A stretch of DNA of 64,000 nucleotides, taken from Candidatus Oxydemutatoraceae bacterium. Lineage in GTDB: Bacteria; Pseudomonadota; Gammaproteobacteria; Poriferisulfidales; Oxydemutatoraceae. A program made the translations under genes and the position numbers. The DNA is taken from assembly GCA_965218975.1 (NCBI GenBank), contig OZ244717.1, forward strand, positions 1,792,001 through 1,856,000, given 5' to 3'. Shown piece by piece: positions 46,601 to 50,656 of the stretch. Numbering within the stretch: the first letter of the stretch is position 1; each line of letters starts with the position of its first letter. The notes beneath the pieces were generated by a model. The model ran no database searches. It had not been told where the DNA came from and saw only the letters and a program-made list of their open reading frames with translations.

Positions 46601-47106
46601 CCGCCGCGGTGCCCCATGTCTATATCGCCGTCTTGCGCCAACGTGTTTTGCGTGACACCGATGCCGTCATCGTCAAAGACGTCCGCTTCAACCGTATAGG
46701 CGAATATCAGCGTATCGCTGCCGCTGCCGCGAACGTAACGCGCCGTTCTCGGGCCGCCGATATTCAGCTCGGTCAGCGGCACGCCGGTTACAGTCACTGT
46801 CTCGTCGAACATCAGCGCCACTTCAATCATCTCGTCGAAAAAGTAGGTGTCCCTCGATGCCGGTTGCGATACGATATTGATGTCAATGATTGCAGGCGCA
46901 GTCTGAGCGTGGGCAGGTTCAGCATAGACCGAAGCAATCAATACGGCCAACAGACACAAACCGAAGGAAAAACTTTGCGCGCGCGACAACGCTCGGGAGC
47001 AACAAAACTTCAACATCTTGTCAATAAACCGCAATGCCCACCAAGCCGAAAATACGCTCAAGGGCCCGCTTGACGTTTGCGCAGTAAAACATTCGCAGTC
47101 GCTCAT
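19645..47106 (-). CDS. Giant (9153 aa) surface adhesin: Calx-beta, FN3 and cadherin repeats, choice-of-anchor-U-like domain, GlyGly-CTERM
   Basis: Uninterrupted 27.5-kb ORF; signal peptide ending PAHA-Q; many DGSA..DY/TIIDND units; YEYR..FEVRAVSA FN3; PDYENPAD cadherin; IEDGSVNDSDGRVNGIIFDPG then GGGGGAVGLWWLLL-TM-KRR. Confidence 0.93.
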   Translation of the reverse strand: MSDCECFTAQTSSGPLSVFSAWWALRFIDKMLKFCCSRALSRAQSFSFGLCLLAVLIASVYAEPAHAQTAPAIIDINIVSQPASRDTYFFDEMIEVALMFDETVTVTGVPLTELNIGGPRTARYVRGSGSDTLIFAYTVEADVFDDDGIGVTQNTLAQDGDIDMGHRGGAGVAIVSADDTPIDLSNSARDFPDVFVDGGPFVSIVSPRALVTEGESAVFTVTRMGDVSAELTVELSLSVPDNDFSRLLVAGSLPNIVEAPEFTFLASEASMMLSIPILDDSIANAKPFSITISLTPRDRYIVDPGQGSATVQVADNDFPPDAPRNLRFSRIDPQVSQQEGVDLWLLAWDAPLYFGSTPLETYQFRYSNDDGSTWDPDWDYISDELPFDMDLFGPAPLQLLSGLDIGTRYTFEVRAVNAAGNGASARIVETPTVPTAPTGLRLRGILFDIAELIWTAPFDAGTAPINRYEYRVSRDGGTTWGPDWTDVGATLAVEINLSEGENTFEVRAVSAEGAGAVARLTQSWRNVRPFIVALDVPTTVDESAEVISFSVSLSEGSFLPGVSPPRGAITLFFSTNDGSATAPADYIALDAVPLVFLPEAVGHQDKTPQAQNLEIRIRDDLIIEDAETFSLVVSEVVFSDPQDVLDGDSDDRAEITIEADAAVSSTSFSLEFSEEEIDEGEVIAVTVRSENGFKEDQVFTLTIDAQDAEFPGDYTVADEGGNLLQPPFWLTLPASGTTMPTAGDSVRTMLNRAVTFFLTFTDDPVFEESKQTTLTVSHAEIGVLGEATSTVVDNDIVPGAPENLTAVGHSAGVFLEWDAATDPGTAPIDHYEFRISDDDGITFLSWSGFTVPGFFGRLNFPIFDQEILIEVRAVSAAGAGAAARTTVTQRSSRMLYRMAFDAPAYTVNEGEDTEVRIILNSESPAVTNGEIIVAVSARAGSATAEDYTFEQTVTFPAGSEVNDFMLISLTAVEDAFFERDESFSLFISDVSAPHSNDEVIVDNMVFSFSPNLEATVTIIDDEEKPSVLVTPSFPSGDNSFREGVAGMFAIQLEGDLLPRDIEVTLELSGTATFGEDYILTDATTDALLTPPPVLRLPAGERFAEPIRITFIDDDIVEVGEILTYKPTTKSGPDFTILESFGDSSSIIDNDIGVAFAASTAEVTVGASVEARLILQNEASLPTTAGVVTVQLESSEFELDPSELTLSRTMPRATFTISAPHDIGLRTGEVKIAEVMSPDGFTVSRSTAPLMVETVARRFRLSFDGEDQTVMAGGTTTIDVSLTGIAVAPSSTPTLGADERLTVAFSYTGEGVTITPSELTFTAGAPTAQLRLDAAFDVGGTTGTLTAALRGAPPDETIATVESAALPVEIVGREFALESTFDRLSLIASGDSATIDVSLVGIKTPLGMPMLSEDERLTVEFSYTGRGVTIEPPTATFTRDQRSAQLTLTVAINANTGTLTARAIDSSETTVTLALPIDIVPTVGIFPFGEGLFRVEDLDSFFDLRRTDSAGQLEVIVELAGEQLTGATSRTVVFDDGVTQETAIRIDVEPISGWNLGTTLTATLLPSEDYTIAPTAASVQFHVLNSSDDPPAMVIRFTTTRIEVIEGENYMLRGFLETDLDQRPLTAIFGDINFDDGSAMAPSDYDYGAAISFGGTPIDIPTRGTRRRGNTEDGFRYRDEFTVENTGDDVVVRSVEDPSVVRRNNAIVSFLDFEGNPNKKGFLSTEDDLLAEGPEDFILSYVARHDDIVRVENGTITVIIIDNDFGVVFKLPNGETPERVLLHSSASTEVTVAPAGENRLQEGESIEARFLMPSTESQRPTTQTVTLTATTSGTLTVGLAADVFSGEITFIDAQLFAPRAAPRAVNLVAPNAPALARLPIEAFPVVSISAARSEINELDTGLRPIVFTLRRSSADTATDLRGVTVRVSEPADEHRVLADGDADGFVTYTLRFVGDAATTELRVVTTGRMQGQWNPHTPIIAELLPGADYDVSPTRASARTLVRNIDDIASIVALEEDAIVVREGSAPAVYVLIETLNAGQQPNSLTFLAVSAFPGSAGSPSDYGIFSDLVPFPIESYMPFDDGAGQKYRSRVNAIAPDRKPHVTKRDGLAEGDEDYEFILELSPGQGGNVMFGRDKVRVTIIDNDYAAVFTDPRTREVFAVPPDAIFRSPSGERFEHGEVLAGATRELGVMLVGPNELRSGESIVARFLVPSPESSAPVVQEVTFTQEAPSAMLEVGAPYNAPSTLKVSFSDARLFTDGDFTDNVALVAPVAPEFRDNNSANGEVRASTPAFLILDVIFDREFILTFEPELQAVDAGGAATVSLSLSGNETSLGTSMLGEDERLTAEFFYTGEGVAAQPVTFTAERTTVEVRLNAALTATGGVITAAFADASSITATPGSGKLEVAINPAVGIFAARPRIDEGDDLVFDLQRTDSGDELAVMVRVTEPADDNRVLVSDPTDSPTGESAHTVSFAQGAMTAQLRIATVDDEVWEAHAPVTATLLLESDYLIAPAASSTTVEVSDNDFAATTVRPQHDAQAAREIDGTVAIPIIIAMDNPGEVNHRALTLSVEPASGEATLGADFSGFIEEIVVWPADYTLSADGRYEAIVAASVEIIDDFLIEARESFTVDIRLSPADARLKLTAADSVVTITIIDNDQVVFGLSQDQPIATGDAARALAVASTQVYVMLRDPKSIAAQQEVLVTLDSAEFGLDKTELVLTAAQPSAVFTIHVPYAAATGEITATAELSGEEAVIFLTPLPVEVIEREFTLRFAMLEQAVAAGGSTPVSLILFGEPTMFGDSMLGEGEQLTVEFFYTGRGVAAEPVVFTAASMSVEAHLNAALDATDGTLIAAAAEATNATVTSTRVPVDIVTLPLISISAASAVVNEGEEIVLMLTRTVLPDAELTVDMEITETGGDRIAAVDKRRRTIPFAADEKERMVAVATLSDLTIDFDSLVRAALLPGGVSYAVSSTRGATEVTVSETNEAELSLLIEPNSVVEGDGRVVTLRVGIDNNVTFAADQTIMFDFRGGSAVRRDDFRVNKDTLTLRGGERESVDYITITVINDTQIEGTERIEIKALLNGAEVARGSLDIENDDMAMLVFDRTSIDVTEGDTAMFRVNVLPIGNCTIPYLVIVAFEYDDSGGVLTGNPPAEARLAPCDRSFSIDLPTHDDTIISGDRSVTVNAIFEATEQVRFDPPLSLPITVRDDESLEVGVTFVTPSSNPLDTAQPRTAQVLANGATDVQVRLWNPHLLEADDRVEVGLTATEVALLQSEFVLTQSEPSAMLTISAPYDAPASGEVALNAELVKVDGTREDITFTSSSLAVEVVAREFTLTFAEGSAGIEIFSDAPRLIVPAGGSQRFGLSLTPKETPLGVPILDAAERLAVDLGYTEDGVTVSPVTFDASRMTDESRLSATTAARSGEITVTLVGTASNITIETIEPRLDVRISSYLWISTATPEVQEGDDVVFTLQRADRGGSLILFVEVSEPADSNSVFNPNAELSFSVILADGEMMTEFRVPTADDEAWEADTIITAAMPEAVVGFITLVPTALTATALVTDNDVPDLTVRFASQTGSLIPPENLSPDEGVLIRVVEGDSYVTGKVLSETARNERPNGSFGMLLVTTGEERTVVGIDLVDIDLTFTVAPASFRVVDTAGEERYRSLIDLSAAGGDFRILDDFLAEGDETFFLNLVQPRDTPAGVAIGSPGHLEVVIIDDDYGVVFANSRGEILERAQVLASAATTELTVMLKDPARLRAGELIVARFLVPSSESPVPVTEEVTFAPAVLGATPSATLEIGAPYAVAPAAVSFVDADLLSDGVLTRAVYLVAPVAPEFRDGNENNGEVYTSSHAFLPVEAVAREFALESAEERLSLIAGGVSESFDLSLSPIETPLGIPTLGEDEVLTVAFSYTGEGVTIKPSTTTFTQGDSLELIFVEAAIDATTGTLTATVIDTPNAVVELELPIDIVPTVGIFTRMKSIKEPSGDLGSHESFRVHRTNSAGRLEVKVELAGRQLVGSTPRTVIFADGESEKDVFVEYEPIIGWNPDTTLTATLLPSADYMIAPTAARAETTVLNVDFPEAVCGFVTTRIEVIEGENYMPIISCTTDRDERPPIGGVFGVIIEIIAGTARDPADYDYNSGHTPFNLFDLSALNRGLFRFLDENRYRYAGRFTFKNTGNMIVSISENTGESLFSTGSTHLSFIEGDNLGEGLFSTKDDLLVEDNEDFSLKLILIDNERVGGPTRIENDTLTVIIIDNDSVAGAPANLAAEAGDTYAVLSWDTPADPGTSPIERYEYRASTDTATIEDQKWSIAGDATGQVRAQIVSDLTNDMTYIFQVRAVSAVGNGTTAEVTAAPNADAEAVFILTFDPSEYTITERDRQVTLTLKLISAGRVLLQDDVTVTVLTRDGSATLSDYTRLSIGNMAGVVFSPEAGVTESSQTVTVQITTDIIFEPDDEIFSVVIDAVTAADSADTVVIDRGEATVTIVDGGRMPVWRLGRLPSSVGESASTVSIVMQRTIGHIDRGHPLTLELGGTATFGADYVITDIAGNPLALPLTFNAPHRFEERILEARLIITDDAAVEGDETIEIHLSTTDPNVLLGNNTIQTITLADNDTLERFTIGERQTTTVSLVTEGSEDLRYAITGGADQALFEIDPATGELSFTAPDFENPTDVAGTDPINAAMNNEYVVTVTAIGHTAADRAVTAVRELTFVVTDLDESLPLIEMTAVKAQVAEGMPAMFRLSRIALMHVPLTVNVNVSQEGEVIRSEDSYRPPTSVIFAANEAEAILMVETAADETFESTGTVTAQIEAGNGYLLIDPVFASVEVADDDLPVISFAEETTFIVEERGRVEVELMLKDQAGGKTIVSEETITVDYVTADGTALAGVDYEAASGTLIFAPGETEKTIVIPLIADPFLESLETFTVRLSNANNATIDSASHIVRIIDRDAAEVRFVAGETTVDEGASAAELTLTLSIELPFSWTMNYRTQDGSALAGSDYVAMSGALTFAAGETEQTITIPLLDDAVYERNQSFSVVLKTLRDQDRRVTIPELEATVTITDNEPEPVWELSIDPQIIAEGASADIIVEITNGVVLEKNQALEFTFRASGSRGLRTGLTLGNEFDITGLAENVVLASGQSSLTATAAIVIQEDDEVELTESGVYALSFLGVGELFSLSTFEIFVLDKDRVAFAVSPDQPLGEGDTLRVLAGTSTQLYVVMRPLNVSEELMALLSIPDDRVTLRSAQFELDATEFTLTSAAPSMPFTVNVPYDAATTGEVTIEVSTAIGDGREGTLSLEPLPVEVVARPFALEFSVDGLSLIAGGVSESFDLSLSAIETPLGIPMLGEDEVLTVAFSYTGEGVMIEPSTATFAQDDLFELIFMEAAVDATTGTLTATVIDTPNAVVELELPIDIVPTVGIFVAPQRMDPLFSGSVGGELVREAFGPFFELRRTDSIGRLEVMVALAGERLGESATRTVTFADGAAVKEFQVDTVEIDGWNPDTTQTATLLPSADYTIAPMAQSAEVTVRDDDLPETVCGFATTRIEVIEGENYRLRVSCATVRDEQLAALSENEFVIIGDIRDGTATAPDDYDYNPQITTSFEIRVVGRGFSRSPDGNGGYIYKGTFIFENVGEGIILVTLEEDNTGFSDRISGNIINAVDEDGLPTKGGFLSTEDDLSAEKNEDFILENLISDSPSRPLRIENDTLTVIIIDNDAVAFALSPDQPIGAGDTAQVLAGASTEVYLVMQTPDGMPAEQSITVTLESTQFELSATEFTLTPTMSSALFTITAPYTAPAIGEVVITSELADEVATLSAPLSVETVARKFTLAFAPDNQTLDVGGSTTVVLSLTANETPLGLSALGEDERLSVEFSYTEAGIMTLSPVMFTAQNMTAEVRLDATLEARPGTLTATITAANATIDPATLTVGVLPEISISPSRLTELENAGRGVFTLRRTGGGDEVLSVDVTVSRPDVRLPLPEGTTRTVTFADGDIFLTGLRPYTFEVTTRTVVFAAGEPTAELPVRIRDNDDPEPAQFITIMLLPGAGYIVSPPASSAVLSVSDDDIIPQTLSFAQTEITINEGEAYPITIFAETLGDILIFGYPGIHIRTMDGSAVSPSDYFGLNITRSGGIFFTLFASGYILSDDGSGYRFRGTFTFENIYAGEGSCVLSATGADGQTDGFGFFPQQGCNPSLLETLPGVQRVLTTEDDLSAEGNEFFILELLPNRGKAITVGAASTLKVTIIDNDAAPGTPTNLAAAVESHQRVELSWEAPADSGTSPINRYEYRASSDGGKVWDPDWTHAADAATRMTVQAVTDLTGGTEYVFEVRAVSAAGGSAPARVTAMTPEEEFRLSFERSAYSAREDDGLVTLMLKITGGRAPRDDITFFVSTQDIGAVAVEDYLPPLFEEVVGPPGFFSPVSADGSEVLRAVYIPIVNDRLGEGKETFMAAVSRATATGSGDTVVIDRSTAMVTIIDDDPLSALDLSIRPASIAEGASAEITVSIREEFLSTTERTVTLEFAGTATRGDEADYTLSVKGAPLLPPFELTLAAEASVVTAMIATLNDAEAEADETIEVTASYAGDAVVRTVTIVDISANVAPAFISAASFDVNEGETVVGTVTAADANIEDEVMYSVTGGADGTLFTIDPSSGELSFATAPNYENPADADTDNVYMLIVTAIGGTGVRALTTTQAITVMVLDVATTITVTAEEPAVTEGEPAVFVFERTDSTDALALTVNITVDDPDGVLAAAAPNTVTFAADSARTVLSLATVIDEAFGVRTVMVTVNDGVDYEVGIENSAEVRVIDVNVAPVFSSAESFEVNEGQTAIGTVTAADANIEDEVMYSVTGGADDALFAIDSSSGELSFATAPDYENAADADTDNVYMLIVTAAGGTDVRALTTTQEITVTVLDVPTTITITADEPMVTEGEPAMFTFSRTDATDALALTVNITVDDPDGVLADAAPGMVTFDAGSARTVLSLATIDDTLEEDDSVVTVTIIDGAGYRIGIENSASVRVVDNDVNVAPAFISAASFDVNEGETVVGTVTAADANPQDEVTYSVTGGADDALFDIDSSSGELSFTTAPDYENPADADTDNVYMLIVTAAGGTGARALTTTQAITVTVLDVPTTITITAAEPTVTEGEPAMFTFSRTDATDAPALTVNITVDDPDGVLAAAAPEMVTFDAGSATAELSLATIDDTLEEDDSTVTVTVGVDDTGFYEVGIENSASVRVVDNDVNVAPAFTSAASFAVNEGETVVGTVTAADANIEDEVMYSVTGDGADDALFAIDSSSGELSFATAPDYENPADADTDNVYMLIVTAAGGTDVRALTTTQAITVTVLDVATTITITADDAEVTEGEPAVFTFSRTDATDAPALTVNITVDDSDGVLAAAAPEMVTFDADSATAELSLATDDDTLEEDDSTVTVTVIGDMDYAVGIENSAEVRVVDNDVNVAPAFTSAASFAVNEGETVVGTVTAADANIEDEVMYSVTGGADDALFAIDSSSGELSFVTAPDFENAADADTDNVYMLIVTAIGGTDARALTTTQEITVTVLDVPTTVTITADKAEVTEGESAVFTFSRTDATDAPALTVNITVDDPARALATALPGMATFDAGSARTVLSLATVIDEAFGVRTVMVTVNDGVGYEVGIENSAEVRVIDVNVAPVFSSAESFEVNEGETVVGTVTAADANIEDEVTYSITNGADQDQFTIDSSSGKLSFVTVPDYENPVDADDTDNVYMLTVTAIGGTDARALTTTQAITVTVLDVPTTITITAEDPTVTEGEPAMFTFTRTDATDALALTVNITVDDSGGVLADAAPDTITFDADSATTVLNLATIDDTLEEDDSTVTVTVNDGVDYAVGIENSAEVRVNDNDGPLTISFVTTEYMVNESDREVRFELRLSDERPLRGNINVDLTASDGSAVLHEDYSPRVSVTIYTPISVLMRTVQYFIIDDDVFETEEFFSLRISGVTTFHSDDEVVTGQGRVATVTIIDDDLPPIWSLDMLPSSVSESRDTVVPIVMRRMHDIDREYPLTLELGGTATFGEDYVITDMQDGPFALPLTFPAPSDRTVVFGLVIMDDAVFEGAETIELRLTTTDPDVTIGSDTTQTITLIDDDTTPVLSLTVGATAINEGALTDIEVGITNESVYAEDQTITLEFAGDAMLEDDYTVMVGDSPLSSPYELTLPAGLSSVTATIMATDDRADEADETITLTARHGTDTIGEVQTVTIIDNDDAPVLSLSVGATEINEGASTDVVVEITNESVFAEDQTITLEFAGEATPEDDYTVMVGDSLLSSPYELTLPAGLSSVSATIMATDDRADEADETITLTARHGADTIGEVQTVTIIDNDDAPVLSLSVGATEINEGASVDITLEITNESVFAEDQTIALEFTGEATPEDDYTVMVGDSLLSSPYELTLPAGLSSVTATIMATDDRADEADETITLTARHGADTIGEVQTVTIIDNDAVPELDLSVSAVTIDEGESIDITLEITNESVFAEDQTITLEFTGTATPEDDYTVSVDGSPLSSPYELTLLAGASSVTATITVTDDTEIEADEAIEITALHGADTIGKKTLTIISDVSPVERIADLTPAVLGNFTPGAVIPSEIERYIVIPGQRNDGASIDATALLVRFNPSLRACIVNDSVASEPSYQFDCDVLSGPLAEDSTVQAPVFGSVLYWADVRDDNGLIVRATSQKIYVAPPLGFASGLQAIASDTASADVLLLTSDDADVPSSINLDFEAGVSPSVPFEDGRGTSTVNIGTLSAGDILRLTAINGVAFSGADSDLNAVTEAMLTMHELFALGNNALRLIEAKEAGINPIESVDPGLSAELIVFDQVTTITLTNDYMVDVFVYSTATAMFELAGMSEDAVRELVIDLSDNELKAVDREGEERVISLEDADFSPYIFQVMMSTNQEVTASIHALGDVADELGMIDADLTLATTGTLLTGFYAYKQADEASVGVARITSNAILNLPPLPDGREVAEVESGVFDFIAADLTGGVATVVVELSAAAQEGSRYYKYQPDDGWTEFNTSSNDRIYSAPAPCPSAQASREPDAGGGLSADYAWRLVSGGVRADDECLLLEIEDGSVNDSDGRVNGIIFDPGALVQFVARVGGGGGAVGLWWLLLFVGIILAAMVLKRRNVRPIRRLLPQRLR
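21380..22775 (-). repeat. Four tandem 351-bp (117-aa) Calx-beta-like repeats inside the adhesin
   Basis: ATCGTTGTCGATGATCGTG recurs at 21721, 22072 and 22423; central copies near-identical. Confidence 0.9.
23495..27345 (-). repeat. Six tandem 633-651-bp cadherin + Calx-like double-domain repeats inside the adhesin
   Basis: GAGCATATAAACGTTATCCG at 23902, 24538, 25180, 25831, 26473 and 27106. Confidence 0.9.
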
Positions 47107-47327
47107 TCTGCAAACGACTCTCGGCGCCGCCGACTGCCATTATATACGGCATTATGTTCACGCTTACATTCATGTTGAAAAATCAGCACCGGTATTGAAC
47201 CCAATACTTCGTTCGCAATTTAATTTTGTGTGCGATCGGCCTTGCTTTCGCATGAGTATGAGTAATGTTTATGAATCCGAATTATTTTACAGACTTTAGC
47301 ACATGTGTTTAATGTCAGTCAACAAGA

Positions 47328-47430
47328 TGTACGATACCACCCTAAATGGGATTCTTGAAGAGCTTCCGGGGAAGCATTCGGCAGTAACATTCGGATCGGT
47401 GCTTTCTGTCCGTTGCCGACATGAGGACGG
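47328..47430 (-). mobile_element. IS481-type 3' end fragment, second copy of 9387-9490
   Basis: TGTACGAT(A/G)CCACCCTAAATGGGATTCTTGAAG...CAGTAACATTCGGATCGGTGCTTTCTGTCCGTTGCC shared; encodes RPHVGNGQKAP...ESHLGWYRT. Confidence 0.75.
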
Positions 47431-47614
47431 TGCATAGCGTGCGGCTTCATAACTTACGAGTACCAACTGTAAACCCCCTAAATGCTCATCGAGTCAATTC
47501 AAATCCGTAAACAATCGTCCCGCATTATCATGCGCAAAACCTTGCCGCGGCGGCGCAGCTGAGACGCTCAGGCCGAACCGGCGGCGGCAAATATAAATTC
47601 CGACAAATAAAAGC

Positions 47615-47860
47615 TTAACTAGTAAATCTTAAGGCTAGAAATAATACAGAATTAAAAATGCCGACAGTAATAATTATCCGCCAAGTCAAACGCATTTCTA
47701 ATTCGGCTATTTTAGCCGCTATTTTAGATTCAAGTTTCGCCAAATCCCCTTTGGTTACGACGTCGTCCGTATGCGCGATGGTGTCGGCGGCGGCGCGCGC
47801 TTCCGCCTCGGTCGCATCCGGAATGCGGCGGAACAAGTTGTATAGGTCTATCGCGCTCAT
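47615..47860 (-). CDS. DUF1640/CCDC90-like small coiled-coil TM protein
   Basis: MSAIDLYNLFRRIP head, VVTKGDLAKLESKI, TM anchor. Confidence 0.8.
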   Translation of the reverse strand: MSAIDLYNLFRRIPDATEAEARAAADTIAHTDDVVTKGDLAKLESKIAAKIAELEMRLTWRIIITVGIFNSVLFLALRFTS

Positions 47861-48222
47861 GTCTTCAGTATAACCGATTGCGAAGACATAAACTACCCCA
47901 TGTATAAGTCCATAACATTCGGCACGGAGTTGCCGACTCAAACCGGCACGCGGTCGGTGCATAGCGTGCGGCTTCATAATTTACGAGTACCAACTGTAAA
48001 CCCCCTAAACGCTCATCGAGTCAATTCAAATCCGTAAACAATCGTCCCGCATTATCATGCGCAAAATCTTGCCGCGGCGGCGCAGCTGAGACGCTCAAGC
48101 CGAACGTTCGGCGGCGGACATTTCGGATCGGTCAAGCAAGGCACCAACATGCGCACGGGGGATCAAGACGTCATTGTGCAGGGAAAAAACCGGCGGCAAA
48201 AATAAGTCAGACAAATAAAAGC

Positions 48223-48447
48223 TTAACTAGTAAATCTTAAGGCTAGAAATAATACAGAATTAAAAATGCCGACAGTAATAATTATCCGCCAAGTCAAACG
48301 CATTTCTAATTCGGTTAATTCCATTTTTAAATCCGCTTTGGTTACGACGTCGTCCGCATGCGCGATGGTGTCGGCGGCGACGCGCGCTTCCGCCTCAGTC
48401 GCATTCGGAATGCGGCGGAACAAGTTATATAGGTCTATCGCGCTCAT
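48223..48447 (-). CDS. DUF1640/CCDC90-like small coiled-coil TM protein
   Basis: Paralog with VVTKADLKMELTELEMRLTW. Confidence 0.8.
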   Translation of the reverse strand: MSAIDLYNLFRRIPNATEAEARVAADTIAHADDVVTKADLKMELTELEMRLTWRIIITVGIFNSVLFLALRFTS

Positions 48448-48728
48448 GTTTTCAGTATAACCGATTGCGAAGACATAAACTACCCCATGTATAAGTCCAT
48501 AACATTCGGCACGGCGTCATCAACCCAAACCGGTATACGGTCGGTGCATAGCGTGCGGCTCCATATTTATGAACGTCAACTGTAAACCCCCTAAAACGCT
48601 CATCGAGTTAATTCAAATCCGTAAACAATCGTCCCGCATTATCATGCGCAAAATCTTGCCGCGGCGGCGCAGCTGAGACGCTCAGGCCGAACCGGCGGCG
48701 GCAAATATAAATTCCGACAAATAAAAGC

Positions 48729-48941
48729 TTAACTAGTAAATCTTAAGGCTAGAAATAATACAGAATTAAAAATGCCGACAGTAATAATTATCCGCCAAGT
48801 CAAACGCATTTCTAATTCGGCCAAATCCGTTTTCGTCGCGACGTCGTCCGCATGCGCGATGGTGTCGGCGGCGGCGTGCGCTTCCGCCTCGGTCGCATCC
48901 GGAATGCGGCAGAACAAGTTGTATAGGTCTATCGCGCTCAT
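48729..48941 (-). CDS. DUF1640/CCDC90-like small coiled-coil TM protein
   Basis: Shortest paralog (70 aa), VATKTDLAELEMRLTW. Confidence 0.8.
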   Translation of the reverse strand: MSAIDLYNLFCRIPDATEAEAHAAADTIAHADDVATKTDLAELEMRLTWRIIITVGIFNSVLFLALRFTS

Positions 48942-49260
48942 GTCTTCAGAATAACCGATTCCGAAGACATAAACTACCCCATGTATAAGTCCATAACATT
49001 CGGCACGGCGTTGTCAACCCAAACCGGTATACGGTCGGTGCATAGCGTGCGGCTCCATAATTTACGAGTACCAACTGTAAACCCCCTAAACGCTCATCGA
49101 GTCGATTCAAATCCGCAAACAATCGTCCCGCATTATCATGATCATCATGCGCAAAACCTTGCCGCAGCGGCACAGCCGAGACACTCAAGTCGAATGTTCG
49201 GCAGCGAATATTTCGGATCGGGCAAGCAAGGCGCCGACATGCGCACGAGGGATCAAGACG

Positions 49261-49512
49261 TCATCGCGCGGAGAAAAAACCGGCGTAGGCAAACATTAAA
49301 CCGACCGCACCGATGACCGTGCCGATAATAACACTGGCAACAATAATCATTCGCCAAGTCAAACGCATTTCTAATTCGGCTAATTCCATTTTTAAATCCG
49401 CTTTGGTTGCGACATTGCCCACATGCGCGATGGTGTCGGCGGCGACGCGCGCTTCCGCCTCGGTCGCATCCGGAATGCGACGGAACAAGTTGTATAGGTC
49501 TATCGCGCTCAT
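49261..49512 (-). CDS. DUF1640/CCDC90-like small coiled-coil TM protein
   Basis: Head A with the IIVASVIIGTVIGAVGLMF anchor. Confidence 0.8.
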   Translation of the reverse strand: MSAIDLYNLFRRIPDATEAEARVAADTIAHVGNVATKADLKMELAELEMRLTWRMIIVASVIIGTVIGAVGLMFAYAGFFSAR

Positions 49513-49829
49513 GTCTTCAGAATAACCGATTTCGAAGACCGAAGACATTGTGTACGGGTCCGATATATTGCGGATTCTTTAAGGCGGCTTGGAATCAACA
49601 TCCGGTATGCGATCGGTGCATAGCGTGCGGCTCCATAATTTACGAGTACTAACTGTAAACCCCCTAAACGCTCATCAAGTCAATTCAAATCCGCAAGCAA
49701 TCGTCCCGCATTATCATGCGCAAAATCTTGCCGCGGCGGCGCGAGCGAGACGCTCAAGCCGAACGTTCGGCGGCAGGCATTTCGGATCAGTCTGCCGAAG
49801 CGTTGATATGTGCGCGGGGGATCAAGACA

Positions 49830-50102
49830 TCATTGTCCGGAGAAAAAACCGGCAGAGGCAAACATGAGCCCCATTGCGCCGATGATGATTCCAGCTAGCG
49901 CCACCATCCATTTAATCAATTCGACTTTAAGTTCTGCCATTTTAGATTCAAGTTTCGCCAAATCCACTTTGGTTGCAAATTCGCTCAGGTCGTCTTTAGT
50001 AACGAACTTATCCGTATCAACCAAGTCTTCGACAGCTTTTTCTGCGAGCGCTTCCGCAGCGCCAGCTTGAATCAATGCTTTGTAAAGTGCGGTGGTGCTC
50101 AT
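49830..50102 (-). CDS. DUF1640/CCDC90-like small coiled-coil TM protein (head type B)
   Basis: MSTTALYKALIQAG head, double neck FVTKDDLSEFATKVDL. Confidence 0.8.
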   Translation of the reverse strand: MSTTALYKALIQAGAAEALAEKAVEDLVDTDKFVTKDDLSEFATKVDLAKLESKMAELKVELIKWMVALAGIIIGAMGLMFASAGFFSGQ

Positions 50103-50416
50103 GTTTTCAGTATAACCGATTTCGAAGACATTGTGTATGGGTCCGATATATTGCGGATTCTTTAAGGCGGCTTGGAATCAACATCCGGTATGCGATCGGT
50201 GCATAGCATGCGGCTCCATAATTTACGAGTACTAACTGTAAACCCCCTACCTAAACGCTCATCGAGTCAATTCAAATCCGCAAGCAATCGTCCCGCATTA
50301 TCATACGCAAAACCTTGCCGCGGCGGCGCAGCTGAGACGCTCAAGCCGAACGTTCGGCGGCAGGCATTTCGGATCAGTCTGCCGAAGCGTTGATATGTGC
50401 GCGGGGGATCAAGACA

Positions 50417-50656
50417 TCATTGTCCGGAGAAAAAACCGGCAGAGGCAAACATTAAACCGACCGCACCGATGACCGTGCCGATAATAACACTGGCAACAAT
50501 AATCATTCGCCAAGTCAAACGCATTTCTAATTCGGCCAAATCCGTTTTCGTCGCAACATCGTCCGTATGCGCAACGGTATCCGCGGCAGCGCGCGCTTCC
50601 GCCTCAGTCGCATTCGGAATGCGGCGGAACAAGTTATATAGGTCTATCGCGCTCAT
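50417..50656 (-). CDS. DUF1640/CCDC90-like small coiled-coil TM protein
   Basis: Head A, VATKTDL, GFFSGQ tail. Confidence 0.8.
   Translation of the reverse strand: MSAIDLYNLFRRIPNATEAEARAAADTVAHTDDVATKTDLAELEMRLTWRMIIVASVIIGTVIGAVGLMFASAGFFSGQ

Noticed and set aside
19645-47106. Diversity-generating retroelement acting on the adhesin
   Set aside because: No reverse transcriptase and no TR/VR pair with adenine-specific differences in this window; cannot exclude one in trans
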